A DNA stretch of 36,745 nt from Catajapyx aquilonaris (GCA_000934665.2 JYFJ02003875.1:1-36745); one strand, 5' to 3'; positions 23,301 to 35,204 are shown, numbered from the stretch's first letter. Numbers and translations: made by a program. Notes: generated by a model not told the origin, from the letters alone.

Positions 23301-26300
23301 TTGACTGCTGTGACACAAGCGACTCTTGGGAGGGGGTAGGAGATACTTTCTCTGCGTTGTACTTGGTGCGCATGTCTTGGAAGTACGTGTAGGCATCTCT
23401 GAGGACCCAAATCCTTAGAAGACGATCCTGTCCAGCAGTTGCTAATAGACGGCCACAAGCAGAGAACTTCATGCACCAGATAGGACTAGAATGCTCTCCA
23501 CTCAAATCCTGAATGAACTGCAGGGTATCAAATTCATAAGGACCTTTGTGGCTGCTTGATGCTTTCACCTGGAATAAAGAAGAAAATGCCTGCATTGATA
23601 ACACCCACCACAAAAAATTGATGCTAAAAGTCAATTTCTGAATATTCACTTTCTTGAAGAAATTGCATGGGGTAAAGGTGATTACATGAAATGAACAATG
23701 TTAAAAACTGCCTGAAAAAAATTAATCTGGCGTAGTGTTATGGTCAGCCTCGACAATAATCTGACCAGTACCCAAGTGCACACTCTCCCCATAGCTTAAA
23801 TCTCTCTTAGTACAGAAAAATATTTAGGAACTGTTTCAGAGATCCCTGCCCAAATACACTGAAATTATTACCCCATAAATAAAATTTGCCTTCAATGGAA
23901 ATACTAAATGTGCTTTGTGTCTTTTTCTTACAAAGGATTTAGAAAGTGGAAAAGGGCATGAATGTGAGTTCCTAGTAGAAGATAACTGGATGGAATTTCA
24001 CATATCTGGGCTCAAACAATGTCAAGGTGGAGAAGTGGGGTAGGGAGGGTACAATTCTGAAAACTCCAGGATGCCTTAATTAGTAACAAATGAAGATGTT
24101 ACAAGGTGCAGTCATTAAGTTCGAAGCCCGAATTAAATCTCGGCTCCCATTTAACATAGCACGGCCAAATATTTATGGCACGTCGAGAGACTCTTTAGGG
24201 TGCAGAGGAAAAAAAAAAGAGGGCGCTGGCTCATATTCGATAATAATATAATTCATACCCCGTTATCAGCCATCGGCTTTTTAGGGGGGCAGTTTGTTTT
24301 GCCTGGAACTCTACGCTTTTCATTTTACTGTGCTCTTTGGGATAGGATAGGGACGGAAGGAAGCAGCTGTGGCCTATTAATTACGGAAGCAACTCCGGAA
24401 TTTCCCTGGAAGGACCGTGGGAAACCACAGAAAACGACGGTCAGAGTTGCCGGCCCCGGGATTCGAACCCAGGACCTCCTGATTAGCAGTCGGGACGCTT
24501 TATCCACTATGCCAACCTGCTTCGGTCATATTCGATAATAGTTCTGGTCGTTTTCCCGAGAGGGCGCGCGGGAGTTCGGCGATGAGAATAAATAACACAA
24601 AATGGCGCCTGAGCGGAGGTTTGAGGAGCAACGCAACTCAATCAAATTTTGTGTGCTGCTGGGCCATACTCCCCAGGAAACACTGGGCATGTTGAGAAAG
24701 GCATACGGCAGATGTGCTGCTCTCTCATGGCCGGCTGTAAAAAAGTGGCATCGGCGTCTCGACTAGTGATGGGCCGCCCGCTGCGAGGATTGTCTGATGT
24801 GGTCTCTCGGCCCTCCCGGAAACGCCGATGCCACTTTTTTACAGCCGGCCATGAGAGAGCAGCACATTTGCCGTACACCTTCCTCAACATGCCCAGTGTT
24901 TCCTGGGGAGTATGGCCCAGCAACACACAAAATTTAATTGAGTTGCGTTACTCCTCAAACCTCTGCTCAGGCACCATTTTGTGTTATTTATTCTCATCGC
25001 CGAACTCCCGTGCGCCCTCTCGGGAAAACGACCAGAACTATTATCGAATATGAGCCAGCGCCCTCTTTTTTTTTCCTCTGCACCCTAAAGAGTCTCTCGA
25101 TGTGCCATAAATATTTGGCCATGCTATGTTAAATGGGAGCCGAGATTTAATTTGGGCTTCGAACTTAATGACTGCACCTTGTATTTGGGATTCCCATTTC
25201 TTCCTACAGTTGCTTTGATTCACATATTCAAAGATGGTACTAAGCACTTGAAGTTTAGCACATGTCAGATTTCTAAACCTAGGTGAACCATGCAGATTTT
25301 CTATAATTCGATAAATCTTCAGAATGACAATGTCTTTCTCTGAGTCAAGGCCATCTCAGCAGTTGTACAATGGTGTGCAGTGTCCAATTCACAAATGCAA
25401 CTGTGTCAGAGTTACGGCGACCCAGCCATAAAGGCCCCACGCCAATCACAAATGCAACTGCAAACACAGGTCCAATCTCCATTCCCATTTTGCCACTCAA
25501 GCCAAATGCAGTGTCTCCAAATAGTGCCATTTAGTCAATGGACATAGATTCATTGATGAAAATGATTGTCTTGGGGTTCCCTATCTCCCATTAAAATTGG
25601 TATACACAGATTTTAAACACCCTGCATACCTTAAGGTAATGTTCAGTGCCTGGATTGTCATCAGCAATATCAAGTCCCTCATCCTTATGTCTGGCATGTG
25701 ATACTTCTTGAGCTATAGATTTGGCCTTATCCATCGTCTTCTTCATTGTGACCCCAAGGAAACGTTTCAGTTGTGACCTACTCAGGGGAAGAAATGTTTT
25801 TGTCAGTTATTGGTTGACTCAGAAGTTTAAGTTCCCCATTACTTACGTCTTCTTCTTAACCCCATTCCCATCTGTTTCTGTCGTATTTGTGGCCACTTTC
25901 TTAAGGTCCACACTCTCCTCATCAGATTCCTTCTCCTTATCGAGACTAGAATTGCTGTGAAGAAACAAATAAATCCACTTTATGCAATTTAGTAAACAAT
26001 ACAATGGAACTACAATGGAAGAATGGACAACTCCATTCACTGTCTATACTCCCATTCTCCAATCTTGTTTGCAAGTCATGGAAATCACTTGTGTAATGAA
26101 TTTTCATGTTTTCCCTACCTGCCTGATGATCTTCTGCATGCGTGCATGGAAAAGATGCGGTCCAAGTATGGAGAAAAGACAAAGAAATGTTCTCTACTAT
26201 ACATTAATTAACAATATGGGAAATGTGCCTTTTCGTAGTTTCAACCAGTGTGGAAAGAAATTGTCACAAATGTCACTTCTGACATGCAGTTATTAAACAC

Positions 26301-29300
26301 ACCTTATATATTCAGAGGTGAGCCTCATGATGTGTAGTGAAAGTGGGTTGATGCATTTGGGCAGCTTATCTTCTGCTATGCTGAGTGGGACTCTCTCACC
26401 CGTGTCCAGGTTGAGCACAGTCACTTGCTCCAAGATTTCCTGGAAAAAACACCAACACACTTTTAGCTGGAAAATGCTGGAAATTGTAACAATTTATGTC
26501 AGCCTTGAGCAACCCTTTAAGTTATAGTGTATGACTAGTAAATCACCTGGCTACTAAAAAGACATGCAGTTACAAAAAAACTGGCTGTAAGTCTAGTCAC
26601 ACCTAGTGACATCACCCGAATTCTTAATCTATTGCGTGCAGTCAATAAATAACATGCCATATTTATTATGGGAAAACTATGGGGCAGATAATAACGCTGA
26701 TTGGCAGGAATAACCTTCCAACCTCAAAGAAAATTATGTGCATGCGCATTTTCAGCTAGAGTGAGCAGGCGTCGCATCACGTGATCAAAAAGGAAGCGAT
26801 CCACCGAAATAAAAAATGGGCTGAAGGCTATATCAATATAAAATTTAACTTTTTTCAAAAGTATTGCCCATGATGATTTAGACATTTATTGCACTGAGAC
26901 ACTACGCATACAAAGGCTTGCTTATAGAAGTCCTTGGGTTGTTCCTGGAACCATATCCGCAACCCCTCGTCCACATCATCGTCCGTCTGGAATCCGCCTC
27001 TGCGCAAAGCTTTCTTCAGTTCACCAAAAACCTGAAAGTCACAGGGGAACAGGTCGGTACTGTAGTGGGGGAATGGCAGAGGACTTCCACTTTAATTTAT
27101 GCACAAGATCATTGATGAAATTTGCTGTATGTGGGTGGGAATTATCACTATGGCATTCTCGCATGCAAATATTGCGCTTGGACAGCACTTTCGGCGGGTC
27201 ATTTCCTTTTTGATCACGTGATGCGACGCCTGCTCCCTCTAGCCGCGCATGAGCATAATTTTCTTTCAGGTTTGAAGGTTACTCTTGCCAATGAGTGCTA
27301 TTGCCTGTCCCCTAGGATTTTTACAATAAATACAGCTCGTTTTTTATTGGCTGCACTAATACAATGAGAAGTTCTGATCATTTAGAGAATTGAGAGCTGA
27401 ATGAGGTTCATGCAATATGTAAACCACTACACAGAAGATTTGTTTACTGCCTCTCCTTACTAGATCAGTAAGTTCCTTCCCTGAGTCGGTTCTGGTCCGC
27501 ACCACCATGTTGAATGCTTGCATCATGTCTTCCTGTGTCATGGATTGTGCCAAGGACTGGACGGTCAACCGGTTTGCACTTCCACTTGGGCTCGCCTTCT
27601 TGCTGCTACTTTCTGGCTGATTATTCAACAGGGTCACAGGTGCTAAGCCTAAGGACCCACTCTGGCTTGATGATGGGGACGGACTTGGCTCCTGGCTACT
27701 GGAAGGTTGAGATTCCTCTGATGCTTTCTCAGCCTCCACTGCTGCTGTTGAGCAACCTTCCGCTTTGGTCTTGTCTTCATCCTATGAATTGAAATTTAAT
27801 TAGCATGATATAATTAGTCCAAACTCAACATCTTCAAGCGTGAGACCCTGTGCTTAGTAGAAAACCTATGGTTGTGATGATGCTTACCATATTCACCTTA
27901 CACTACAAAAATGATGTGTTGGAAATAAACTAACCTGTGGTTTGACCACATACTGTCCTTTTGTAGCCAGACGGATGTCAAGGGAATGCTCAAACTCGCG
28001 CGCAAGTGACTCAATGGTGCTGGCAGGACTAGGCAGTTCAGGGGCGGAGTCATCTGCCTCTTTGACCTCACTGACCTGGAACATGTTTGTTAGTATTATG
28101 TGTATGCTATTAACATATGCATGCTTGCATGTAACAGTGAAACTTCTTGTTCCTGATTGCAAGTTGGGGACGGATTCAAAAATATATAACAAAACTGGAC
28201 AGTGTTATGCAATAATGATTCAACTCCCATGAGAACAGTTTTGAGAAAAAGGGCTTTGAAGGTCATACCTGTGAAATTAATTCAGTGTTCTTTTCGGTCA
28301 TTCATGGCAGAAGTATGCAGATTTCACCACCTTGATTTTAACTGAATGAAGTACAATGTTACTGGGCTTAACTAAATTTTGACATTTTTGTGGGTTGACA
28401 CATTATTGCATAACATCGTCTAACTGAAATGTATATTTTTAAGGAGGCAAATTCTCTAAGTTCACTTGCTGCCCCTGCAGTTGCCAATTTTCATAACGAC
28501 AGGATACACATCCAGTTAGTAACCATACGATCAATGCAGAGTGCCACTGTTAATCATGATTAAATTTGATCCACTATTACATTTAATTCATACAGTTCCC
28601 TTTGTAGTAAGACTGCAAAAAAAAATTCAGGCAGAGTCAGCCAGAAAACTTTAAATTCCAAGAACAAAATTTCAGTCACTGTTCCACTTTCAGTTATGTG
28701 GCCTCTACTAGCAAGCCCTAAAAGTGTTGAAAATGGCCCATTTTATGTCCTGGATGAAGGTCAATCAGGTGACGATTCACAGAACCTCCACTACATTAAT
28801 CCTGCAGGTTGCAACTAAAAATCAACACTTCAGTTTTCATAAAGGTTAAGAGCGTTCCCACAAAAAATTAATTTACAGTTTGAGAGCAAGAGAAAATTCC
28901 TTATGGATGAATCTGGGACGTTAAGCTACATGCAATATCAAGCAACTCCTGCACCTTGTAGTTTCACAAGTATCACACTGGTATAAAAACCCTCATTTTG
29001 TACAAGCTATACCATCACCAAAAGCCTAAAGCTATACTGTCATAAAGTACAAAGCAATAAATATTGGCCTTTCTTCCCAATCAAAATACAGAAAAGAGTA
29101 AACACAGGCAGTAAAACGTTGTTGCATACAAAGTACCCACATGCCACCAGAACAAAGACCAACTAAAGCAGTGTAATCACAGCAGGCCATGATGCTTAAC
29201 AGGCACAAGGCAGTCATCACAACTACTGACCACTTGGCCGGTTGTCTTGCCCTTAGCCTTTCTTTTCCTTCGAGGTGGCGCCACAGGTACCTTCAAATCT

Positions 29301-32300
29301 CCTGGTGCCTCCAGTCCCTTGGCCTTTGTACTAGCAACCACATCTGGCTCCTGAATAACATCACCCGTATCCTCCTCTTCCTCATCCTCCTCTGCTAATG
29401 ACTTTGTTTCGGTAGTGCAGATGGCCTTTGGCTGTTCGGCCTCTCCACCAATAGGCACTGTATCTAAGAAAAGGGTATTGCTTCATATAGCCATGTCTCT
29501 TCAGGGTGGTCCAGTGATTTCCTCAAAAACCATTTATTTATCAAAACTTCTCACCTGTGGCTTTGGAAATTTTATCTTCTTTCATGGCCATGCTAGTTGA
29601 GCAACCAGGATCAGAGTGCAGGCGAGAACTCCCTCCTGTGGAGCCATCCACCCCTCCAAGTATCCTCCCAACTCTTCCTAGAGATATGGTGCTCTGCAGG
29701 CTGAGAGCATCATGCTCAACTATTCTAAATGGGTGGGAGGGCCTGGAGGCTGCAAAAACTCCATCTACTGATGATGTCTGGCTGTCTGGTGGTGACGGGA
29801 GAGCCCCTTCCTCCTCCTCTGTCTGCATTCGACGACGAAGTTCCTCCATGCGACGTTTTCGTTTTTCCAGTTCAGCAAGCTTCCCTTCTGATTGCTAAGT
29901 TGCAAAGATTGTGGAGTACATCAGGAAGGTGAAATTAAAATTTTTTGAAAGAAGAACTTCGTACAGCATGAAACAGGAGCTGTCATTTCTGCAGGTACAG
30001 CAATTGCTTCACCCATACAAATTTATAACCCTCCCACACCCCCTACCCCCACAGACACATGCACACAGATCTTACATTCAAGACAAAATTTCGAAAACCT
30101 GCGGTCTCCATAATACTCTCTCTCAATATGTTGCTGACTCTCAATGAACCCAGTGCATAACTTGTCAATGAACCCGGTGTATAATTTAGCAGACAATGTA
30201 TTTTCCCAGATTTTGACTGGTAACTCTGAGTTTACCTTCTGATACTGAATTAATTGATATTAGGGAGGTTGGCCCAGCATTGCCTTTCAACCTCCAAGGA
30301 TAGGGAAGGAAGGAAGCGGTTGTGGGCTATTATACGGAAGCAACCCCGGAATTATCCTAGAAAGATCGTGGAAAACCACTGAAAACCACAGTCAGGGTTG
30401 CCGGCCCGGGATTTGAACCCAGGACCTCCCGAGTAGCAGTCGGACGCCTCATCCACCATGCCAACCTGCTTCGGTTACCTTCTGATACTATGACAACTTT
30501 TCAATCAGTGCAGTGTACCTTGACTAGAACTTACACTAGTTATGTGGACTCAATATTTTATCTTATCACAAACACATTATTACGTTTATTATTGAAACAG
30601 TGAGAATGAGCCCTATGCTGATTGTGTAATGTTATTGATGAAAACAGGTCAACTAGCACACTATCGGAGTCACAGTGTGCTTAAAATGAAATCACCATCC
30701 TTATCTCATTAGTCAGCTGAATTGAACACAATGTGATAGATTATCCTAGTGTCTGCATTCTGTATGCTCTTTATAACAATACTATTTAAAAAAATAATTA
30801 CCCTGCGATAGGGCGGAGCCCTTTTAGGGGGGAAGCGGAGGTTCCCAAGGGAGGGCACTGTAATTATAGTCATTCCTGACATTCGGAAATACACCAGACC
30901 TTTTCTCCTGGCCCTGGGCAGAGTAGGGAGTGCAATTCTGCCCCGGCATGTCGGGTGAAAAGCGGAAAAAGACCCGGCCAAGCAGAGGTGACGGGTACGG
31001 GATTCGAACCCCGGCCTCCCGCTTGGCTGGCCAGTGGCGTAACAACCAGACCACCATGCCTCCCTCTTTATAACGATACTAACCCACAGCAGCTCCACAC
31101 TAACATGCTAGTCAAAAAAATCATTTTCACATGGACACATTTTTCATTATAAGGTGGTTCATCAAGGACGGTAACAGTCCTTATAGCAGTGGTTTCCAAC
31201 ATTTTGCCAGCTGTGACCCCCTAAACATGTTTCCATTAATGTGCGACCCCCCCCCCCTTCTCCCCTCCCACAACTGCCCCCTTTCCAGAAAACATACTCT
31301 CTGTAAGGCTGCAAAAATGGTTCAATAGACATGGAAACTGCAAAAAAAAAAAGTTTAACCAAGGCTCATGACCCCCCGCGTTGGAAACCACTGCCTCATA
31401 GGTATTCTGCCTGTAAGCTGTTTTCCAGCTAAGAGAAATATTAGGTAATTTTAATAGTTGCAAGTAACTGCTCTTCAATCTCATGTTGTCGAAAATGACA
31501 AATATGATATCCATATATGGACATGTTCTATGTTTACTTGAATCAAGGCAACAGGTCTGGCAACTTACACTCTGGCACTTGTCATCCCCATCACTTCCTC
31601 CTCTTTCTCCAGCAGCTTCCTCAGCCTGGACCACCTCAGAAACTGCCTCTCCATCATGAAGCTCCACTTTCACAACTGGAATTTCCAACAAATGCTCCTG
31701 TGACACCTTTCCTGACAAACTGGATGGCTTAGCATCAGGTACTGAATCCTGACCTAGCTCCTGTGATGTTTCTGAGGTAACTGCTGCTACAGCCTTCACC
31801 TCTTCCTTGTCCCTGTGTTTCCTGTTCAAGTGCAGAAACACATAATTATTGATCATGTTTTCAAAACATATCAAAGACAACTACAATAATAATTAATTTA
31901 TGTGAAATGACGCATACCGAATATTCCACCATTTCCTCATGCACCATTTAATAACCACACTTTGTTGCATAAAGAAAGCATGTCAAAGCTGAATAATAGT
32001 ATGTCAATAATGTAAGCTGAGTCTTGGTTTTATCAAGTTGACCAAAATGTTAGTAAGTGTAAAGAGCTCTTTCAGGTGCCTTTCAACATCGGGAATTCAT
32101 ATGTGTCTAGTTTACTAAGACCAAGTTAACATCAACGATCACATGTATGGACACAAATGTTAATTTCTTGTAACCTTACACCACTGAATCAATAACAATG
32201 CATTTTCATAAGGCACATAACAGCCCAACGTGTTAAAAAGTATTTCAATTAACTGCAGTCATATGTTTCAATTGTCATATGCTCTAATGCAATCTATACA

Positions 32301-32585
32301 ACCTGAAGGCAACATAATGTTCAATTTAAAACCACTGTTACTATTTTCTTCGCGATAGTTCTTCTGTAAACTACACCTGAACAACCTGACTGGCACTTGA
32401 TCAATTCCACATTGCTGTTACCGCAACTAACCCAGCTTCTTCCTTAGCCTACATGTATCTGTGTTGGCTCATCCGAGCCATACTCTAAATGAGATTAACC
32501 TAGGGCCTCTGTTGGGAGTGACATCCTCTGCGTCGTAAAACTCCTCCGAGTCGCTGCCACCACTGCTGCCGACGGAGGCGGACAT
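20383..32585 (-). CDS. WDR44: WD repeat-containing protein 44 (rabphilin-11/RAB11BP), about 1028 aa
   Basis: 15 in-frame exons: 32585-32500, 31821-31569, 29894-29555, 29463-29231, 28075-27935, 27781-27461, 26439-26303, 25954-25847, 25777-25630, 23568-23137, 22873-22751, 22649-22518, 21875-21598, 21175-21048, 20609-20383 (3087 nt); N-terminal FFAT-like [41 protein letters not shown]40 repeats [11 protein letters not shown] and [21 protein letters not shown]. Confidence 0.96.
24102..25181. mobile_element. Mariner-derived foldback element made of two inverted transposase 5' ends (~360-bp arms)
   Basis: TA|CAAGGTGCAGTCATTAAG ... CTTAATGACTGCACCTTG|TA; left arm 24102-24245 plus 24541-24757, right arm 24822-25181; both arms encode the N-terminal mariner HTH ([36 protein letters not shown]...VKKWHRR from 24602 on +; from 24977 on -, continuing [17 protein letters not shown]). 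Confidence 0.92.
24246..24525 (-). mobile_element. tRNA-derived SINE (family A) inserted into the foldback mariner
   Basis: Pol III A box TGGCATAGTGG and B box GGTTCGAATCC on -; exact 15-bp TSD TCATATTCGATAATA at 24231-24245 and 24526-24540. Confidence 0.92.
26680..27312 (-). mobile_element. Internally deleted mariner element with ~130-bp TIRs that retains the transposase C-terminus
   Basis: TA-flanked inverted ends (about 26680-26810 vs 27189-27312); minus-strand remnant [53 protein letters not shown]...[11 protein letters not shown] matches the mariner YSPDL region. Confidence 0.85.
30247..30474 (-). mobile_element. tRNA-derived SINE (family A, different 3' tail)
   Basis: Same head CCGAAGCAGGTTGGCAT.GTGGAT...GGTTC.AATCCCGGG and body as 24246-24525; exact 15-bp TSD TTACCTTCTGATACT at 30232-30246 and 30475-30489. 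Confidence 0.92.
30784..31063 (-). mobile_element. tRNA-derived SINE (family B)
   Basis: A-box-like TGGTGGTCTGGTTG and B box GGTTCGAATCCC on -; 17-bp TSD CTCTTTATAAC(A/G)ATACT at 30767-30783 and 31064-31080. Confidence 0.85.
31187..31393. mobile_element. hAT/Charlie-type MITE
   Basis: TIRs CAGTGGTTTCCAAC / GTTGGAAACCACTG; 8-bp TSD CCTTATAG / CCTCATAG (one mismatch). Confidence 0.85.
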
Positions 32586-33592
32586 GACTGGCCTGGGGTG
32601 GGGCCGCTGCGGTCAGCCGGATGTGGGGAGGCGGCGTGTCGCAGCGGAGGGCGCAGGGCGGGACGGTGGCGCAACCAGGGCGGACCGCGGCCTTCGATGC
32701 AGCCTCTCGCAGTCTACGGCAGACGACGGCCAGGGGCGGCCATCTTTGCCTCTTACCCAAGAGCGGGGGCGGGGAGGAGGGGAAGGCGCCGGCCAATCAG
32801 GACAAGCCGAACTCACCCTCAGACCGGGAAAACAAAAAATAGCTCCAGAGACATCGCGGCTGTTCCGACGAAGAAAATCGGCGGCAGCACTACGTCCAGG
32901 GGCCCAGGGCACAGTCCAGGGACTGTCCACTTGCAAGTTTCGTGGATTGGAATGCAAAGAGAATAGTTTGCAGACTCCTTGGCATTAAAAGTAACCCGCT
33001 CCGGACCCACTAGGCGTTCGAACTAGCTGCAGTGAAATAGCAGCTACAGCATCGCCGCTAATATTCGTATTTTATCCAGTGCGGTTGTCAACCCTGACAA
33101 AACAAAAACATCGAAGGAAGTACAGCTTGGCAACGCAGTTCCACTGGGTAAGGAAGCATGTGACGGAGAGAGATGGGCGCTTTAATTTAAAAAAGAAGAT
33201 GTGAAGAGGGAATGTCATCGTGCTCGGCATCCCTGGCGCCATCTGCGAGAAGAGATCATCGCCCAACTACCGCCGCCGCCTCCCCCTCGCCTCCCCACCA
33301 CCACCACCGCATCTCCTTCCCTCCTCCTGCTCCTCGCCCTCCCTGCGCCTCCCCGTCTTCATCCTCCGCCGGCCGCCTTCTTTCCATCCCCACCCCTCTC
33401 TCCACCAGCCTCCCTCCTCTCCCTCCTGCTCCTCCGCCTCCCCCCGCCTCATCCCGATTGGTCCTTCGGCGTCAACCGGCGCTCCCTCCCAACCCCTCTC
33501 CCCATCTCCCCTTCTCATCCCCCCCTCCCTTCCCCCACCCTTGTGCCGGCGCAAGGGACGACGGGAAAGCCGTCCAGGCCAGCAAAGGCAAG
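32586..33592. promoter_or_regulatory. CpG-rich bidirectional promoter and 5' UTRs of WDR44 (-) and FMR1 (+)
   Basis: Divergent ATGs about 1 kb apart; GC box GGGGCGGGG 32766-32774; CCAAT box GGCCAATCAG 32791-32800; high CpG density. Confidence 0.7.
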
Positions 33593-33643
33593 ATGGAGGA
33601 CCTGGCAGTGGAAGTGTGCGGCGACAACGGGGCCTACTACAAG
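33593..33643 (+). CDS. FMR1: Fragile X messenger ribonucleoprotein (FMR1/FXR) coding exon 1; the gene continues beyond the window
   Basis: AAG-ATG-G context; MEDLAVEVCGDNGAYYK matches the FMR1 N-terminus (human MEELVVEVRGSNGAFYK, also a 51-nt first coding exon); followed by a GC donor AAG|GCAAGG. Confidence 0.88.
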
Positions 33644-33885
33644 GCAAGGCTTAGGGCGGGGGCACCCACCCCGGCATGGCACGGGGGCGGGCCAGGGGCA
33701 GAGGGACCCGCTGGGGCGGGCCCGCCTCGGGTGCACTCGAGGGGGGAAAGAAGGAGGGGGGCGCTTGCCCGGCATGCATGCACCGGTTGCGGGGAAGGAG
33801 GGAGGGAGAGGGAGGGGCTGCCCGCCCGGTGAAGGGAGAGGAAAGGGACAAGAGAAGAAGAAGAAGGGAGGGGGAGGGATGGATG

Positions 33886-33909
33886 GAGAGAGAGAGAGAG
33901 AGAGAGAGA
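33886..33909 (+). repeat. (GA)12 microsatellite within a purine-rich tract
   Basis: Read directly from the sequence. Confidence 0.95.
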
Positions 33910-34541
33910 AAAAAAGAGAGGAGGGCGGAAAAAAGAATGATGGCAGAGAAGGAATGCGAGGGTGTGGAAGGCGTGCATGTCCGAGGGGTACTTGGAAAGG
34001 CCGGGAACCGAGTCCCGGGGCGGCCCGCGGGCTGGCAGAACGTAACTCCTTCAATGGAGCAATAAGTTACTTGGAGGGAGGGAGGGAAGTGAGGGGCACT
34101 GCACCAACTCTGGGTCACTGGCCATTGCATTCCACACACTCGGATGAACTACTTTGTTGCTGTATTGTTGTGCTTTTGAAATTCATGGGGAGAGAAACCA
34201 TGGGAAATTTGTTGCTCAAAGGGGGAGATTCACAGGCCAAGTTCCCAATGACAAGTTGTAGGTGATCAGTAGGAATGAAAATCATGATAAGGTGTGCGTT
34301 GGCTAGACTCGTTCGACTTCCACATTTAGGGTGGGGAGGGGGAGTCTGAGACAGTCATGTGCTGAAGCAGCATCAAATTTGTGTTGTCTAAAATATCACT
34401 AGCTAGTAGCTACGCCACAGTGGCATGTGTGGAATTTATCTTGTCAGATATGATACTGCTGCATTCTTGAGCTGCTTTGTAGAACAGTAGTGTGGCCTTG
34501 CTGTCATGTTGGCTCCTTCATGACCACTAAGAATGATATAA

Positions 34542-34926
34542 GAGGTGTAGTGGGAAAAGGTGATAACCCACGAAAGTGTAAATTTTCAGGAGAGCTAATT
34601 GAAGTTTGCATTCTCTTAACAAATCATAGGGAATGTGGGGTTTGATCTAGTCCGTGTGGCTGTCTCGTGCATGAAACGTGAACTTGGAGTAGACCAGACT
34701 GTTTGCCATGTCTTTTACATCCAGTAGTTGCTAGGTGTTTAAGGCCCCTAGTCTAGTGACCCAGGGTAAGCTATCCCGGGGGCAATCACCATGGCAGCAT
34801 ATGTAAAAGGATAGCAGTAAACAACCAGTTACCCCAGGGGGTAAGCTACCCCGGGTCACCAGACTATATACCTAAGTCAAAAGTGACAAAAATTACGATT
34901 GTTATCACCTTTTCCCACCACACCCC
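34542..34926. mobile_element. Nested MITE-like inverted-repeat elements in FMR1 intron 1
   Basis: Outer IR GGTGTAGTGGGAAAAGGTGATAAC (about 34544-34567) / GTTATCACCTTTTCCCACCACACC (34901-34924); inner IR TAGTCTAGTGACCCAGGGTA (from 34749) / TACCCCGGGTCACCAGACTA (to 34866). Confidence 0.6.
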
Positions 34927-35204
34927 TCATATGAATGGGGTACAAGTGAGAGATGTATATGTATCACTTTGTATGCTAATAGTTTATACTTGATGCTAAT
35001 GCTGCCATTTAGAGGATAATCTCAATGAATTTCGTCTCAAAAATGTGTGAAAGCTGGTAAACACCATAACACTACACACCCCAAGTACAGCATAAGTGAA
35101 ACTTGTTCCAGGAATTAGATAATAGCCAGGGGGTTCATTCTGGGATCCAGTTGGGGGTATTGGAATTCTATCAATTGTATTGTGTAAAATGACATTGAAT
35201 CAAT

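Noticed and set aside
24450..24525. tRNA-like sequence with a GCT anticodon-like loop (similar heads near 30400-30474 and 30990-31063)
   Set aside because: These are SINE heads: each continues into a body and tail, is flanked by TSDs and lacks a convincing acceptor stem
25345..25530. 61-aa hydrophobic ORF and a duplicated 15-mer TCACAAATGCAACTG in a WDR44 intron
   Set aside because: Only two repeat copies (not an array or CRISPR); no homology or splice support
32500..33010. Overlapping GC-rich ORFs around WDR44 exon 1
   Set aside because: CpG-island artefacts; the real frame starts at 32585 and is too short to appear in the ORF track
33270..33280. Short CCG repeat in the FMR1 5' UTR as an analogue of the human fragile-X CGG tract
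   Set aside because: Only about three units, expected by chance in C-rich sequence
33201..34265. Long Pro/Gly/Arg-rich ORFs on both strands (354, 206 and 179 aa, among others)
   Set aside because: Artefacts of GC-rich low-complexity UTR and intron sequence; only the 17-codon FMR1 exon has recognisable homology
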